43,990 bases of DNA from Dicyema japonicum (Eukaryota > Animalia > Dicyemida), in the NCBI GenBank assembly GCA_011109175.1, contig RDEW01000066.1:65087-109076 (forward strand), in the 5' to 3' direction. Below the pieces are notes generated by a model. The model did no database searches. It was given only the letters and a program-made list of their open reading frames with translations, and had not been told where the DNA came from. Position numbers and translations under genes: made by a program. Shown here in pieces: positions 1 to 11,449 of the stretch. Within the stretch, counting starts at the first letter, position 1, and every line of letters begins with the position of its first letter.

Positions 1-1051
1 ACGGCGCTGCTTTTATGGTTTGTAAATATAGAGGATGTTTAACATATTTAAAATCTCGCGCACCATCTATTTTCATAATTCACTTTGTCATTTACCAAAA
101 ACATTTAATTGCCTAAAATTTGATAAAACTCTTTTCCATTCTTCTTTCTATGGTCATTAATGTTGTCAATTATATAAAATCTCATGGACTCCAGGATCGT
201 CCTATTCGTTTATTATGTGAAGAAAATGATGAAAATTTTACAAAATTAGTTCTACACACAGCTGTAAAATTGCTCTCAAATGGAAATTGCCTGAATCGTT
301 TTGTCTCTTTTTGGGACTCATTTGACAAGGTTCTTGGGGAGTTTCTAGACCAGCCATGCCCAAAGAGGAGCCAAGCCGATATATTTTATTTGGCTGATAT
401 ATTCGAAAAGTTAAACAAACTTAGTATCCAATTGCAAAGAAAAAATTTCGATATTATTCATTGCAAAGAGGCTATTATGTCATTTCAAGCAAAACTTGAA
501 CTTTATTTTATTAATATTTAACGTAACGAGTTATCACAATTCCCATATTTATCGAAAATACACCATATTCTTAAGGACGAGGATTTACAAGTTTATATTT
601 ATCATCTTAAGAATATGTACACTAATTTTAAAACACGATATATAGATCTCTTCAACTTAGTTATCTCGCCATGGATTATTGATCCATTCATTATAGAACC
701 TTCCACAGTTGAGATCGAGATACAAGAAGACATAATAGATTTGCAATCTGACACCATGGCAATTCAAGCTTTCGAAAAGCATCAAAGAAATTTTTGGATA
801 TACACTGATTTACCAAACAAATTCCCTAATCTGTGGACAAGAGCTCAATTTTTTTTATTGCTTTTCCGTCAACCTATTTGGTTGAATGTGGCTTTAGCAA
901 AGTAGTATCACTTACAAAAACGAGAAATAGACTTGATGTTGTCAATAGAGGTGATCTACGAATATCATTGTCAAATATTGAACCTGATATAACTAAGTTG
1001 GTAATGGGAATAAAAATTGTTTTTTTCAATAATTTATTTAATTATAACTAA
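1..1051 (+). mobile_element. Degenerate Buster-type hAT transposase, C-terminal half (frameshifted)
   Basis: Fragments read VINVVNYIKSH, LHTAVKLLSNGNCLNRF (family VRWLSxG), FYLADIFEKLN and FPSTYLVECGFS...RNRLDV..GDLRISLS (hAT dimerization domain), across shifting frames. Confidence 0.85.
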
Positions 1052-1257
1052 TATTGTTATTAAACATAGAAAGCCACAGAAAATAATAAATTTTAAAAAA
1101 TNATCTCTCAATGAGACGCCAGTGCTCCCATATATTTCCAGTGACCTCCCGAATGTGGTGTCCAATCTGTTCAATTAGATTTCGTCCAGAAAATTAATTA
1201 AAAATGTTTATTAATTGGAATTAAGAATTATAGAGAAAATTGGTTGATTGTCATCAC

Positions 1258-2217
1258 TAGGGCAACCACAAAGTTGACCTAAAAAATCAAAAATTGACCT
1301 CCAAAAAGTCAACAAAGTTGATCCAAAAAAGAGGAAAGTTGACCAAAATGTAGACCTAAAAATGATTTTTTTAGATAATTTTTAGGCAATAATTTTTTCT
1401 AGAAACATGAATTATTTAGAATCATATAATATTTGACGTTTTCAGTTTTAAAATTTCGGTCTTTCGCCAAAATTTTATGAAGAACTGAAAACGAACGCTC
1501 CACCGAACACGTAGTGCTCTGACATTGGAGTAGTTGAAACTTTTCCAAAGGCAAAAAAATTCCATCTCCGTTAACAATTTTTAGAATTTCATTCGAGTTC
1601 ATTCTCTACTCGATATATTCATTTATTTTACAAGTATCTTCCTTTAGATCGAGTGTTCTCAGAAAATTGTAAGCTTTTTGGATAAAAAAGTTCTTGGACT
1701 CAATTTCACTAAGAACATCAACAAGTGGAGAATATTCATTCCATATCTCCTTTAAATCATTAACAAGTCCTTCATTTTTTATTGATTCCTTTGCTCTCCG
1801 AATCAATATGGATTCCCTTTTTAGCGAATTGCATATTTCCAACACTCTGGAAAATTTTTCCCCGTAGTATTTGGTTGCTCGGAGCCAGCTTCCCTATCTA
1901 GTAACAATAGATTCTGGAGGTAGTCCTATTTTAGCAAATAGTTGCCTTCGACTACTATTTTTCAGAACAAGTCCTTTTATGGAGGCATTTAAGTTATCCA
2001 CTACAGGATAATTTAGTTTTATTCTTAATGAACAATTGTAAATCAAATGTGCAATACATGTTACTTAGAACAGGTTAGGATACAAATTTTTTAGTGTTTT
2101 TCTAACTGAAATCCTATAATTTGCCGCTTCGGTTAATAACGAGTAAAAATTTTTCCTTTCAAAATTTGCACATCGAATCGCATCATCCACAATCTGACAT
2201 ACAATTGGTGCATTCGG
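1258..2217 (-). mobile_element. Degenerate hAT-superfamily (CGGBP-type) transposase with 3' terminal region
   Basis: Minus-strand pieces VTCIAHL, LPPESIVTRWGSWLRATKYY and TTCSVERSFSVLHKIL. The terminus TAGGGCAACCAC at 1258 is followed by repeated AAGTTGAC subterminal motifs. Truncated by the N gap. Confidence 0.7.
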
Positions 2218-2636
2218 NNNNNNNNNNNNNNNNNNNNNNNNNNNNNNNNNNNNNNNNNNNNNNNNNNNNNNNNNNNNNNNNNNNNNNNNNNNNNNNNNNN
2301 NNNNNNNNNNNNNNNNNNNNNNNNNNNNNNNNNNNNNNNNNNNNNNNNNNNNNNNNNNNNNNNNNNNNNNNNNNNNNNNNNNNNNNNNNNNNNNNNNNNN
2401 NNNNNNNNNNNNNNNNNNNNNNNNNNNNNNNNNNNNNNNNNNNNNNNNNNNNNNNNNNNNNNNNNNNNNNNNNNNNNNNNNNNNNNNNNNNNNNNNNNNN
2501 NNNNNNNNNNNNNNNNNNNNNNNNNNNNNNNNNNNNNNNNNNNNNNNNNNNNNNNNNNNNNNNNNNNNNNNNNNNNNNNNNNNNNNNNNNNNNNNNNNNN
2601 NNNNNNNNNNNNNNNNNNNNNNNNNNNNNNNNNNNN
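2218..2636. other. Assembly gap (N run)
   Basis: Run of n. ORFs spanning it in the track are artefacts. Confidence 1.
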
Positions 2637-4070
2637 GGCTTTGTCGGCGACGGCGGTACCGACCCGCTAGCAATGTGGCTCGCAGGCTTCACAGGCCTCG
2701 CCACCCAAGCGGACTTGAGAGGTTTGGCCTGCTTTGCCTGTTTGCCAGGTTGTGGCGCGGGGGCCGCGACGCTAAGGGCGCGGTGGCTTGCAGGCTTCAC
2801 AGACCTCGCCACCCAAGCGGACTTGGGAGGTTTGGCCTGCTTTGCCTGTTTGCCAGGTTGTGGTGCGGGGGCCGCGACGCTAAGGGCGCGGTGGCTTGCA
2901 GGCTTCACAGACCTCGCCACCCAAGCGGACTTGGGAGGTTTGGCCTGCTTTGCCTGTTTGCCAGGTTGTGGCGCGGGGGCCGCGACGCTAGGGGCGCGAC
3001 TTACCTTCGGGATTACATCCCCACCAACCTGACGGGTTGCCTCCTTGAACTTACGGCAACCCTTGAAGTTGGCAGTGTGTCCTAACTTACCACAGTTCAC
3101 ACACTGCCTCACCATAGATGGTGAGGGGCATGCCTTGCGACCATGCTCCCCACCGCAGATTAGGCACTTCGCCTTCTCCGGACACTTCGTGCTTATGTGT
3201 CCGAACCCCTGACACCGAAAGCATTGGGTGGCTTTCGGGCGGGCCGGACAGCACGAAGCCTCACGTAGCCGACCCTTGTACCTAGAAGAACAAGGCGCTC
3301 GGCTTCGGCGGGAGATCCCAGGGTAACCTCCACCACTTCAAGAGGGCGGTTACCCTGCTTGAAGCGTGCAATGGCAGAGGCACTGGGGTACTCCCGCTGT
3401 AGGTGGCCTAAAAGGTCATTATCCTCGAAGTCCCGGGGGACCCCGAGGAGCAGGACTCTTACCTGCCTTACCTTGCGTTCAGTCCTGACAAGCCGATGCA
3501 TGCCAGGACCGAACGGGCTGGACTTTTCCAGCTCCCCTTTGAAGCTGGAAAAGTCCTCCTCCTTCTCCCACCCAAGCAGGAATTGGGTGGGCTCCCTCTT
3601 CAGGACTCTATACCGCCTAGATGGCTGTATCGAGTCCAGAGTTCCTAAAATTTTTACGACTGAGGCCTTTCCACTTTTGGGAAAGACCTCAAGTCGTGCC
3701 ACTACGCCGAAGGTAATTCTACCCCCGGCGCGCGCGGTCTTCTTTGGGTGTGCATCCACCTGCGCAGACGCACACCCAGTGCCTAAATGACGGCTGGCGG
3801 CACGTTTGGGTTTCCCCACGGTACGCCAACCGTCCTCGGAAGCTACCTTTAAGCCGTTTCTGTCTGTTGGGCGATAGAGGTGACATTGTCGTTGAAGCCT
3901 GAGTTGTACATACCTTGGTCGTACTCGCAGGGATTTATTACTGGATTTAGGTTGTTTTGGTTTGCTCGTTTTGGCCTGGATATCTTTTACTTGTTTATAA
4001 TTTCTTTATGAGAATTAACCACACCAGACATACGCGCATGCTTTGCCCATAACGCGCATGCTTTGCCCAA
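2637..4070 (-). mobile_element. APE-type LINE family A, 5' end plus gag-like ORF1 (ORF2 lost in gap)
   Basis: ORF 3193-3819 continues after a frameshift near 3225 into three zinc knuckles: CFRCQGFGHISTKC, CLICGGEHGRKAC, CVNCGKLGHTANFKGC. The 5' ~230 bp match 6378-6607 in inverted orientation. Confidence 0.85.
2675..2998 (-). repeat. Three tandem 108-bp (36-aa) coding repeats in the ORF1 tail
   Basis: CAGGCTTCAC recurs at 2683, 2791 and 2899 (period 108). Unit APAPQPGKQAKQAKPPKSAWVARSVKPASHRALSVA. Confidence 0.95.
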
Positions 4071-4109
4071 CAGTCATGATTGTTAATTTGATTGGAGGTA
4101 GGGCTAAAA

Positions 4110-4310
4110 ATCATCGAAAAATTATCACTGTGGATATGATTGACTGGACTGAGTATCCTTCAATTTTTTGACTTTTCTGATTCCATACTTCCTGCAGAGA
4201 TGCAATGAATACATCTCACGATTCGTTATGTCTTTTGACATAATCGCTGTTGACTATTTTCCACAACGGGCTGCCAATTGACCAACGGTTTTTTTCGTCT
4301 CTTTAATTTC
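4110..4310 (-). mobile_element. R4/Dong-like RLE retrotransposon fragment (C-terminal zinc knuckle region)
   Basis: Reads KKTVGQLAARCGKIVNSDYVKRHNE..VRCIH-HLCRKYGIRK with frameshifts. Same region as 12890-13020 and 22930-23340. Confidence 0.7.
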
Positions 4311-4514
4311 TACCGACTCAGATTTTTATTTTTCTATAATTTATATATTTTTTACAAATCCATTCCAAATAAAAAAATCAATTTTAATTAAAAAACTAAT
4401 TTATGTAATGTAATGTAACAAATAAGTGACACAATTTATGAGTTTCTATAATTCTTTATTTAATGCTTGAATAAAATACAATAAACCACGTTTTTCACAA
4501 AAAAGTAATATATG

Positions 4515-4880
4515 TTATTGAGTATTCTCACTTTCTTCAGGATCTTCATTTTCATCATTTTCTTCGGATTCTAGACTTTCTTCAAATTCTTCACTCTCTT
4601 CAAGTTCTTCACTTTCTTCATTTTCTTCTGGTCCTTCACTTTCTTCCTATATATAACATTATATAATATACATTGTTTAGCCCAGTAGAATCTGAATCAG
4701 GCGAATACAAAAACCCGAATGTGTCTGTATAGCAATCAAATTCTACAAACTAATATAAGTACATCAAATTACATCAAATTCTTCAAAAGATCGTTCAAAA
4801 AATGGAGGATTTACTTCCATCATTGCACTCAATAATATATCAATATGTAATTCATAAAGTATTGTCGGAAAAGTCGCCAT
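4515..4880 (-). CDS. Three-exon gene for a 105-aa acidic protein (exons 4880-4773, 4749-4672, 4646-4515)
   Basis: Removing two GT-AG introns (23 nt at 4750-4772, 25 nt at 4647-4671, both phase 0) gives an uninterrupted ATG-to-TAA frame with a Glu-rich tail. AATAAA lies at 4455-4460, about 55 nt past the stop. Confidence 0.75.
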
Positions 4881-4959
4881 GAAATTCATTTATTATAAAA
4901 TTCAAATATTTAAAGCATTCCCATAAAACAAAAAACAACATTTAATTAAGTTTTAATTT

Positions 4960-5140
4960 ACGTTTTGCATCCTAATTATGTCTCCGCTTTGCATATTTTG
5001 TAGCCTTTAGATTATCGGCTGATATGGGGCCTGCAATTGTGCCTGAAATGTCTCAGTGCTGTCCATCGTTGATTGAATATTCTTTCTGAGTCTAAAGATC
5101 TTCTCCGCGTGTCTCTGTAGATCCGGTTTCTCTGGTAACA
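4960..5140 (-). mobile_element. Probable RTE-like LINE 3' fragment
   Basis: SERIFNQRWTALRHF resembles the post-RT RWxxxGH motif of the copies at 32500 and 38650. Confidence 0.35.
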
Positions 5141-5169
5141 CTGTCATACTTGCAAAAGATTGAGGATTT

Positions 5170-5990
5170 GTCACTAAAGAAAGAGTAACAGTTCTTTTTC
5201 TCTGTGATGAACCAGGAAAAAATTAAGACCCCTTGTTATTGGAAAATAAAATCACCTCTTGTATGAAAAGTTTGCTTATATTTAACATAGATTTGGATTG
5301 TGAAAAATTCGGTATTTTATATGCGCGTCAAAAAATCGTGGATGAACAGAGAAATTTTCAAAATGGCTCTCAAAGATTAACAAAGACTTTCTTTACAAGA
5401 TAGAAAAATACTTTTAATAATGGATAATGCTACATGCCATTCTTTATTGGAATAATCAAATGTTAAATTGTTTTTTTCTTCGAAAACACAACACATTTGA
5501 TTCAACTTTTAGACATAGGGACAATAAATGTTTTACAGTACACTACATAAACTTCTGCTGGACTTTATGGTCAAAATGGAAAAAAGACACAACAATTAAT
5601 CCTAAATCTTTGAAAAATATAGATATGCGACACATTATAGTACTTGTTAAAAAGCGTGGATGGAAGTTAAAGAAATAACAATAATTTATTGTGGAAGAAA
5701 TTGAGGAAAATAGAGAAGAATTAATTGAGAAGACAAAAAATTGCTGGGAAAAGTCCTGAAAGAAATAATAAATGAAGCAATATTTGAAGATAATGAAGAT
5801 CTAGTCAAGAGTCGTGAGTTTTTATAATGAATTGACACAGAAAACAAAACGACGAATATCAGAAACGTATGAAATGATGGATAAGTTAGAAAAATATCGC
5901 ACAAAATACATCTTTGGGACACTCCAAAAAATATTATGAATTTAGATTTCAACTGGAAAAGATTTTAAAAATAATTTAAGTTGAATCAAT
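5170..5990 (+). mobile_element. Degenerate pogo/Tigger (DDE_1) transposase fragment
   Basis: KERVTVLFL...KLRPLVIGK, RKILLIMDNATCH and a downstream acidic tail, with many stops and frameshifts. Confidence 0.75.
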
Positions 5991-6190
5991 AGTTATAACC
6001 AGACCCGGTTTGGAAGGCATACCCGCTTTTTGAGACACTTTGATGCCCCACTTTGGGGTTAGACTATATATGGAATATTTATTGTTGATTATATAAATTA
6101 TGTTGTTTTTGTTTATTCAAATTTAATAAAATAAAATATTTGAAATAATTTGTTGTTGATTGATGTGGGGTGTACTAATTCCTAATATAG

Positions 6191-6350
6191 GTCTCTAGTT
6201 GGCAAGACTATCTTTATAACAGGAGCAAGTCGTGGAATAGGCAAAGCAATAGCACTAAAACTAGCCAAAAACGGTGCAAATGTCTCAATTGGGTCAAAAA
6301 CCGTAAATCCACATCCAGTCTACAGCACTATTTACTCGACAGTAGAGAAA
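6191..6350 (+). pseudogene. HSDL2: Orphan exon of an HSDL2-like short-chain dehydrogenase
   Basis: SLVGKTIFITGASRGIGKAIALKLAKNGANVSIGSKTVNPHP..TIYS: TGxxxGIG Rossmann motif plus the HSDL2-typical KTxxPHP. Bounded by an acceptor (ctaatatag, 6190) and gtaag (6351). Confidence 0.8.
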
Positions 6351-6351
6351 G

Positions 6352-9285
6352 TAAGAAATTATAAAACAAGTAAAAGCGTTATGTCTAGTGTGGTTAATTC
6401 TCATAAAGAATTATAAAACAGTAAAAGATATCCAGGCCAAACGAGCAAACCAAAACAACCAAAATCCAGCAATAAATCCCAGCGAGTACGACCAAGGTGT
6501 GTACAACTCAGGCTACAAACGACTATGTCACCTCTATCGCCCCAACAAACCGAAACGGCTTAAAGGTAGCTTCCGAGGACGGTTGCGTACCGTGGGGAAA
6601 CCCAAACAAAGGAGATGCGGTTCGGAGGATGTTGGCCACCACTAGTGCGGACATCCTGGTGGTCAACGAAACGAAGATAAAGCAGGGTCCGTACGTGGTT
6701 GATGGCTACAACTGCTGTCACATACCCTGGAAACAGGGGTCAATATGTGGCACGGGAACTAGCCTCTTCTACAAGCCGTACCTTGCTCTGCAGAGCTCAG
6801 GTTCATGTTCTTGTAGCCTATGTGAATTCCTCCAAGTGAGGATTCGCATAGGTAATTTAACATTTTACCTAGGTGCGATGTATTCGAAGAACTTTACGGC
6901 GTGTTCTTGGCACGTACGGGAGTTCTTTGGAAAGCATCCGAAGGCGATGGTCGTTGGGGACCTGAATGCCAAGCACCAAGAGCTCGGTTTCAGGGTAACC
7001 AACGCGCATGGTTTGGCTTTGAAGTCGCTGGTTGAAGACCTCGGGTTGGAAATCAGATCTTCAAGCGAGCCAAACCATGTCGATTCGCGGGAGGACAAGA
7101 CTGGCTAGGGCTTGCTCTGGTCAGCCCCGGATGCTAAATTGGTTTAGTAAAACAATTCTATTGCCCGATATTGGGAGCGATCATCTGCCTCTATTGCACG
7201 AACTCCGTGAGCCAGTTCCTCAAAGGGCCCCGGGATACTTTGACCTCCGGTCGGGTTCCTGGGCCAACCTGGAGAGGTTCATGGCCAGCAGGTTGCCCTC
7301 ACTCCTGGTGGGGAATACCTGCGCCAACATACGAGAGTTGGAGGCGCTAGATAATGGAATCAATGCTGCCCTGTCTGATTATATGCGAGATAATTTCAAA
7401 CAGAACCCAGTACAGGGTCAGGCACATTCCACGCTCCCGTACCGGGTGCTAAATAAAATTAGGTTCAAGCGCCGGCTGTCCAGACTGCGGGACAAATGCG
7501 TCTACCAGGAGAACCGTGTCTGGTTCCGCGGCTGGATTAGCCGGCTCCAGAGGGAGATTCGGAGCGAAATCCGTGAACACGAAAGTTCACGGTGGGTGCG
7601 GGCCTGCAAAAGAGTGGACCCGCGCTTTCCGGACTTCTGGAAACAATTGAAGAGCCTGTCGGGGAGAGGGCAGGTAAAGTCAGTGCGCCTTAAGCGCTCT
7701 GATGGAACCCTCGCCTCGGACCCGGTTGAGGTGGCTGATATATTTTCAACCCACCTCAACGACATCTCGGGAACTGACGGAAGTCAGTTCGTAGAGGCGT
7801 CGTCTTTTGATACTATCCAGCAGATATTGTCGTGGGACAAGCGCTGCCAGCTGGACATATCAAGGGACGATGCAGGTGAAGTTTCCGAAAGGGAGATCCT
7901 GGCAGCGATCTCCCGAGGTAAGAACACGGCGGCGGGGCTAGATCGGATCCCTATGTCCATCTTTAAAAAGGCCCCGCCGTTGTTGATCAAGGCCTTACAG
8001 GTTTTGTTTAGCGGGAGCTTGCGACTTGGGATGATTCCTTCCAGGTGGAAAGTGGCTGAGGTAATCCTCATTGGAAAACCCGGGAAGCCTCATGATGTCC
8101 CTGGGGGATATAGGCCCATTTCCTTGCTTCCCGCTGTATGTAAAATCCTAGAAAGGATCATGCACCGAAGGCTCCAGGAGGAGCTGATGGTGGCGGATGC
8201 CCTCCCTGAGTTCCAATGGGGCTTCAGGGAGGGTCGTTCATGCGGCGACTGCTTGTGGAAGGTGTCTTCCGAAATGAAGAACGCCCTTCAGAAAAAGGAG
8301 TGTGGTATGTTAGTTAGTCTTGACATAGAAAAGGCCTTCGACTCGGTGTGGCACGACGGCCATGCGGAGTTCCCTCGTCACGTGTGGGGTTTCTCCGTGT
8401 CTAAGGCGCTGGCTGTCGGGGTTCCTCGAATCTCGTGGTCAGGTCGTGCGGCACCAGGGGGTCTTTTCTAAAGTCGCAACAGTCCTTCGCGGGGTCCCTC
8501 AGGGCTCTGTACTAAGTCCCACACTCTTCAATGTGTTTATGGCCTCTGCGCCTATGCCAGCCAATGCTCGTACTGAAATGGTGATCTATGCAGACGACAT
8601 TATCCTCTGGGATCAGTCGATGAAACCCGAGTGTGCGTGTCGTAGGCTACAGGTTGCTGTGGATGGACTTGTAAACTGGTGTGGGAGTAGGGGTCTAAAG
8701 ATGTGTGCGGACAAGTGCAGTGTCCTTAAAGTCTGTAAAAAGACGAGGGGTTACACTAATTTTATCCCTAGGTTATCGCTGAGCGGGCCAGCAATCGCTG
8801 TAGTTGATCGGATGACTTACTTGGGCGTGCTCTTCAAGCAGTCCGGTAAGTTTGATGATCACATTGCACGTACTAAAATGCGTGCAATGCAGCGATTAGG
8901 CGCGTTGCGTGCTTTCCACTTGAGGAGAGGTGCCTGGTTCCGCGTTTTTAACGCCATGGTGTTACCCGTATTGACCTACGGCGTCCATGCTTGGCACTTC
9001 TGCGAGGACAGGGAGAAGTACGTTGACGCGCTTAAGAAAGTCCGAAGACGAGCCATCCGGCTAGCCTATGGCTTAGGATGGCGTGAGGAGCTCTCCAACG
9101 CCCAGGAATTGTCCCTCAAAGGCCTCCCTGAGGTCCTAGAGAAGATAATGACTGGGTGGCAGGTAAGACGGTAAGTCATAACCTGTGGTTGTGTAGAGAG
9201 GCGAGCGTGTGTGCTGGACCGAAAAGGCAGGAATGCCGAAGGTCATATGTTTCCTCATAACAGCCTCTCTAATTTTTAAAATAAA
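6352..9285 (+). mobile_element. APE-type LINE family A, internally deleted copy (ORF1 mostly absent; EN plus RT, frameshifted)
   Basis: EN motifs NETK, GDLNAKH, GSDHLP. RT motifs YRPISLL, QWGFR, DIEKAFDSVWH, GVPQGSVLSP, YADD. Stop at 9174, frameshifts near 7100 and 8360, no RNase H. The 3' end matches 30345-30587. Confidence 0.92.
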
Positions 9286-9419
9286 AATTTTTGTTGTTGT
9301 TGTTCAACCCTATAAAGCAGCCTTATTTTCGGGGTCTTTTCCTTGAGGATTTTAACATCTCTCTAATTGTTTCTATTTGAAACAAGAATGAGTGTTTGTT
9401 AATGTTTCATGTGATAAAT

Positions 9420-10560
9420 CAGGTCTCATCAGCCCGGACACATACAAACCCGGACACTATGACATACGACAGTTAATAATCAATTGAAAATCCAGTTAAG
9501 TATTTATATTTTTTCTCATACATTTTTGTTGATTTTCTTGTTTTTATCCGTGTATTAAAACTATTACATTAAAATGGAATACTCTTTGTGAAAATGACAA
9601 TAAAAAGTGCTGCAAAAGTTGTTATTGTCAAAATATATATACAAATCTACAATTCATCAATCAAACGAACATTTTATTTCTATTTTATTTTTTTTCTTTG
9701 TACTTTCATCCAATCTAGTTCAGTTTTTTCTAGGAGACTAATATTTTGTTTCCATTCTATCCAATCTGACTCGATTTTGTATAAATGGGTTTTATTATCT
9801 TTGTTTTCTGGAAGATAGTTTCCAGTTCTTTTAATGGATTTATTTACATAATAATATTCCGTAGGTCCGTATACTAGTTCGAATTCCAAGGTTACTAATA
9901 ATTTGTTCAAATTTAAATTCCGCGATTCCATCGAAGCAGTATCTAAAAATGAAATTTAAAAACTATGCAACTGTTTTCGATATTTTCACAAAGTGTGTAG
10001 TTATCGATATTAATAAAAATACGAGCCAAAGTAAATTCATTAATTTTTGTTTTCACGTGGAAATTGAGAAAATTGTTTTGATGGTAGGTTATTTCGAGCC
10101 CTTTAAGAACGTACGGAAAAACTATTTTAATCTTGTATAAAATACCAAAATAAAAGCATCGCCATCTGAAAATAGCCAATAGGCGAACGAAAAATCATTA
10201 ACCTCTTCTAAATCGACCGTTTTGTTGGGAAAAGTATATCCAAAATCAAGTTCATTTCTCATCTTTAAATTATAAATTCAAAATATCAACCATCAATATT
10301 AGACTCTCGATTGAATGTCCATAAAGTTTTCTTTCAAAGCAAGCCTTCTTGTTTCCATTTTCTTGAATATAATATTTTGCATGTGGAAAATCTATATTAT
10401 ATTCTTAAAATTTCAAACCATTGTAGAAAATGTGATATTCTTTATATCCACAAAACCTTGTTGCAAATTTATAGAGATTGGCATTTAGTTCTTTATATAC
10501 TTCTAAAAATAATATTTCATTTAAAAATTCTTACCAGTTAAATTAAAGCAATTCGGGTCA
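9420..10560 (-). mobile_element. Possible highly degraded Mutator-like (MULE) element
   Basis: Paired CCCGGACAC subterminal motifs at about 9433-9457 and weak DDE-like fragments (LFSDGD, VTLEFEL). Confidence 0.3.
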
Positions 10561-10949
10561 TAAGTAATCGTTTGATTCTCCCAAAACATTAAATCTAACG
10601 AACCTCATTATTAAATTTACCTTTGTGCATAGCTGTAGTTGAAAACAGTAAGAGTGAAACCAACATTTTAAAAATCACTAGATAGACATTTTATAAGCAC
10701 CTTGTTCCTTCCAAAACTCGCAAAACACTAATTTTAGATATTATTGATTTATTTATTTTTTAATATTTTTTATTTACAATATTTATGAACTATACGAAAT
10801 CAGTATTATGGAATTTATATAATGCTATCCGATAACAAGATTTTGTCCACACAATCTAACAACACAATTTCGCTTATCAAAGTGAGGATCACTTACAAAA
10901 TTGTCTTAAGCAGGTCGAAGTGGAACAGTTCACAAATACGACTTGCTGG

Positions 10950-11445
10950 CAAATGAGCTGAGTTGACCTAAAACCAAAAATTGAGTTCATAAAAGTTTAC
11001 TAGTTTTTTTAGAGGCAATATTATTTAAAGAAGAAAGTTATATGCCAGCGGCAAGGACGCAGTGTGCGTTGCGCGAACGATGGCAAGGCCGATTCGCTGG
11101 CGAACCAGAGATCCTTAAGCCTCCACCTAATCGACAGCCCGACCTCGTTAAGAAACGCATGAGTCTCCTTTCCCGCGGCTCTTGCGGCTCCAGGGGAATT
11201 GGTATAATACGATAGCGGTCCACAAGGGCTGAATACTTTTGCAATTTCATCTTTTTGGAGTGGTTTGCAGCCGAACGAGGGTTCGCAGCGAAGAAACGAT
11301 CCTCGACTTTGAGAACGTTTGATTAGTTTACTAGTTTGATTTGAGTTTGAGTTTGATTCAAAAAAACGAAAGTTGACTAAAGTGTAGACTTAAGCAAAGG
11401 CAATAATTTTTTTTATAAAGAATCATATAATATTTCACGTTTTCC
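10950..11445 (-). mobile_element. Terminal remnants of the hAT family at 1258-2217, split by a CRE-like fragment
   Basis: 11370-11445 (gaaagttgactaaagtgtagac...ggcaataattttt...agaatcatataatattt) closely parallels 1333-1440. Confidence 0.6.
11038..11320 (-). mobile_element. CRE-like RLE retrotransposon C-terminal fragment
   Basis: KLQKYSAL..YRIIPIPLE...FLT...RL...HRSRNAHCVL resembles the post-endonuclease tail seen at 22500-22740. Confidence 0.6.
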
Positions 11446-11449
11446 TTTT

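Noticed and set aside
2065-3115. Long ORFs 2065-2673, 2121-3032 and 2675-3085; also 25281-26345 and 25484-26464
   Set aside because: They are inflated by N runs or are antisense shadows of the GC-rich repeat.
3215-3240. Programmed -1 frameshift in ORF1 before the zinc knuckles
   Set aside because: There is no slippery heptamer. A single-base loss in a decaying copy explains it.
10994-11337. 13-bp direct repeat AGTTTACTAGTTT as the TSD of the CRE-like fragment
   Set aside because: The enclosed DNA also includes hAT-terminal sequence, so the repeat is better explained as two hAT end remnants.
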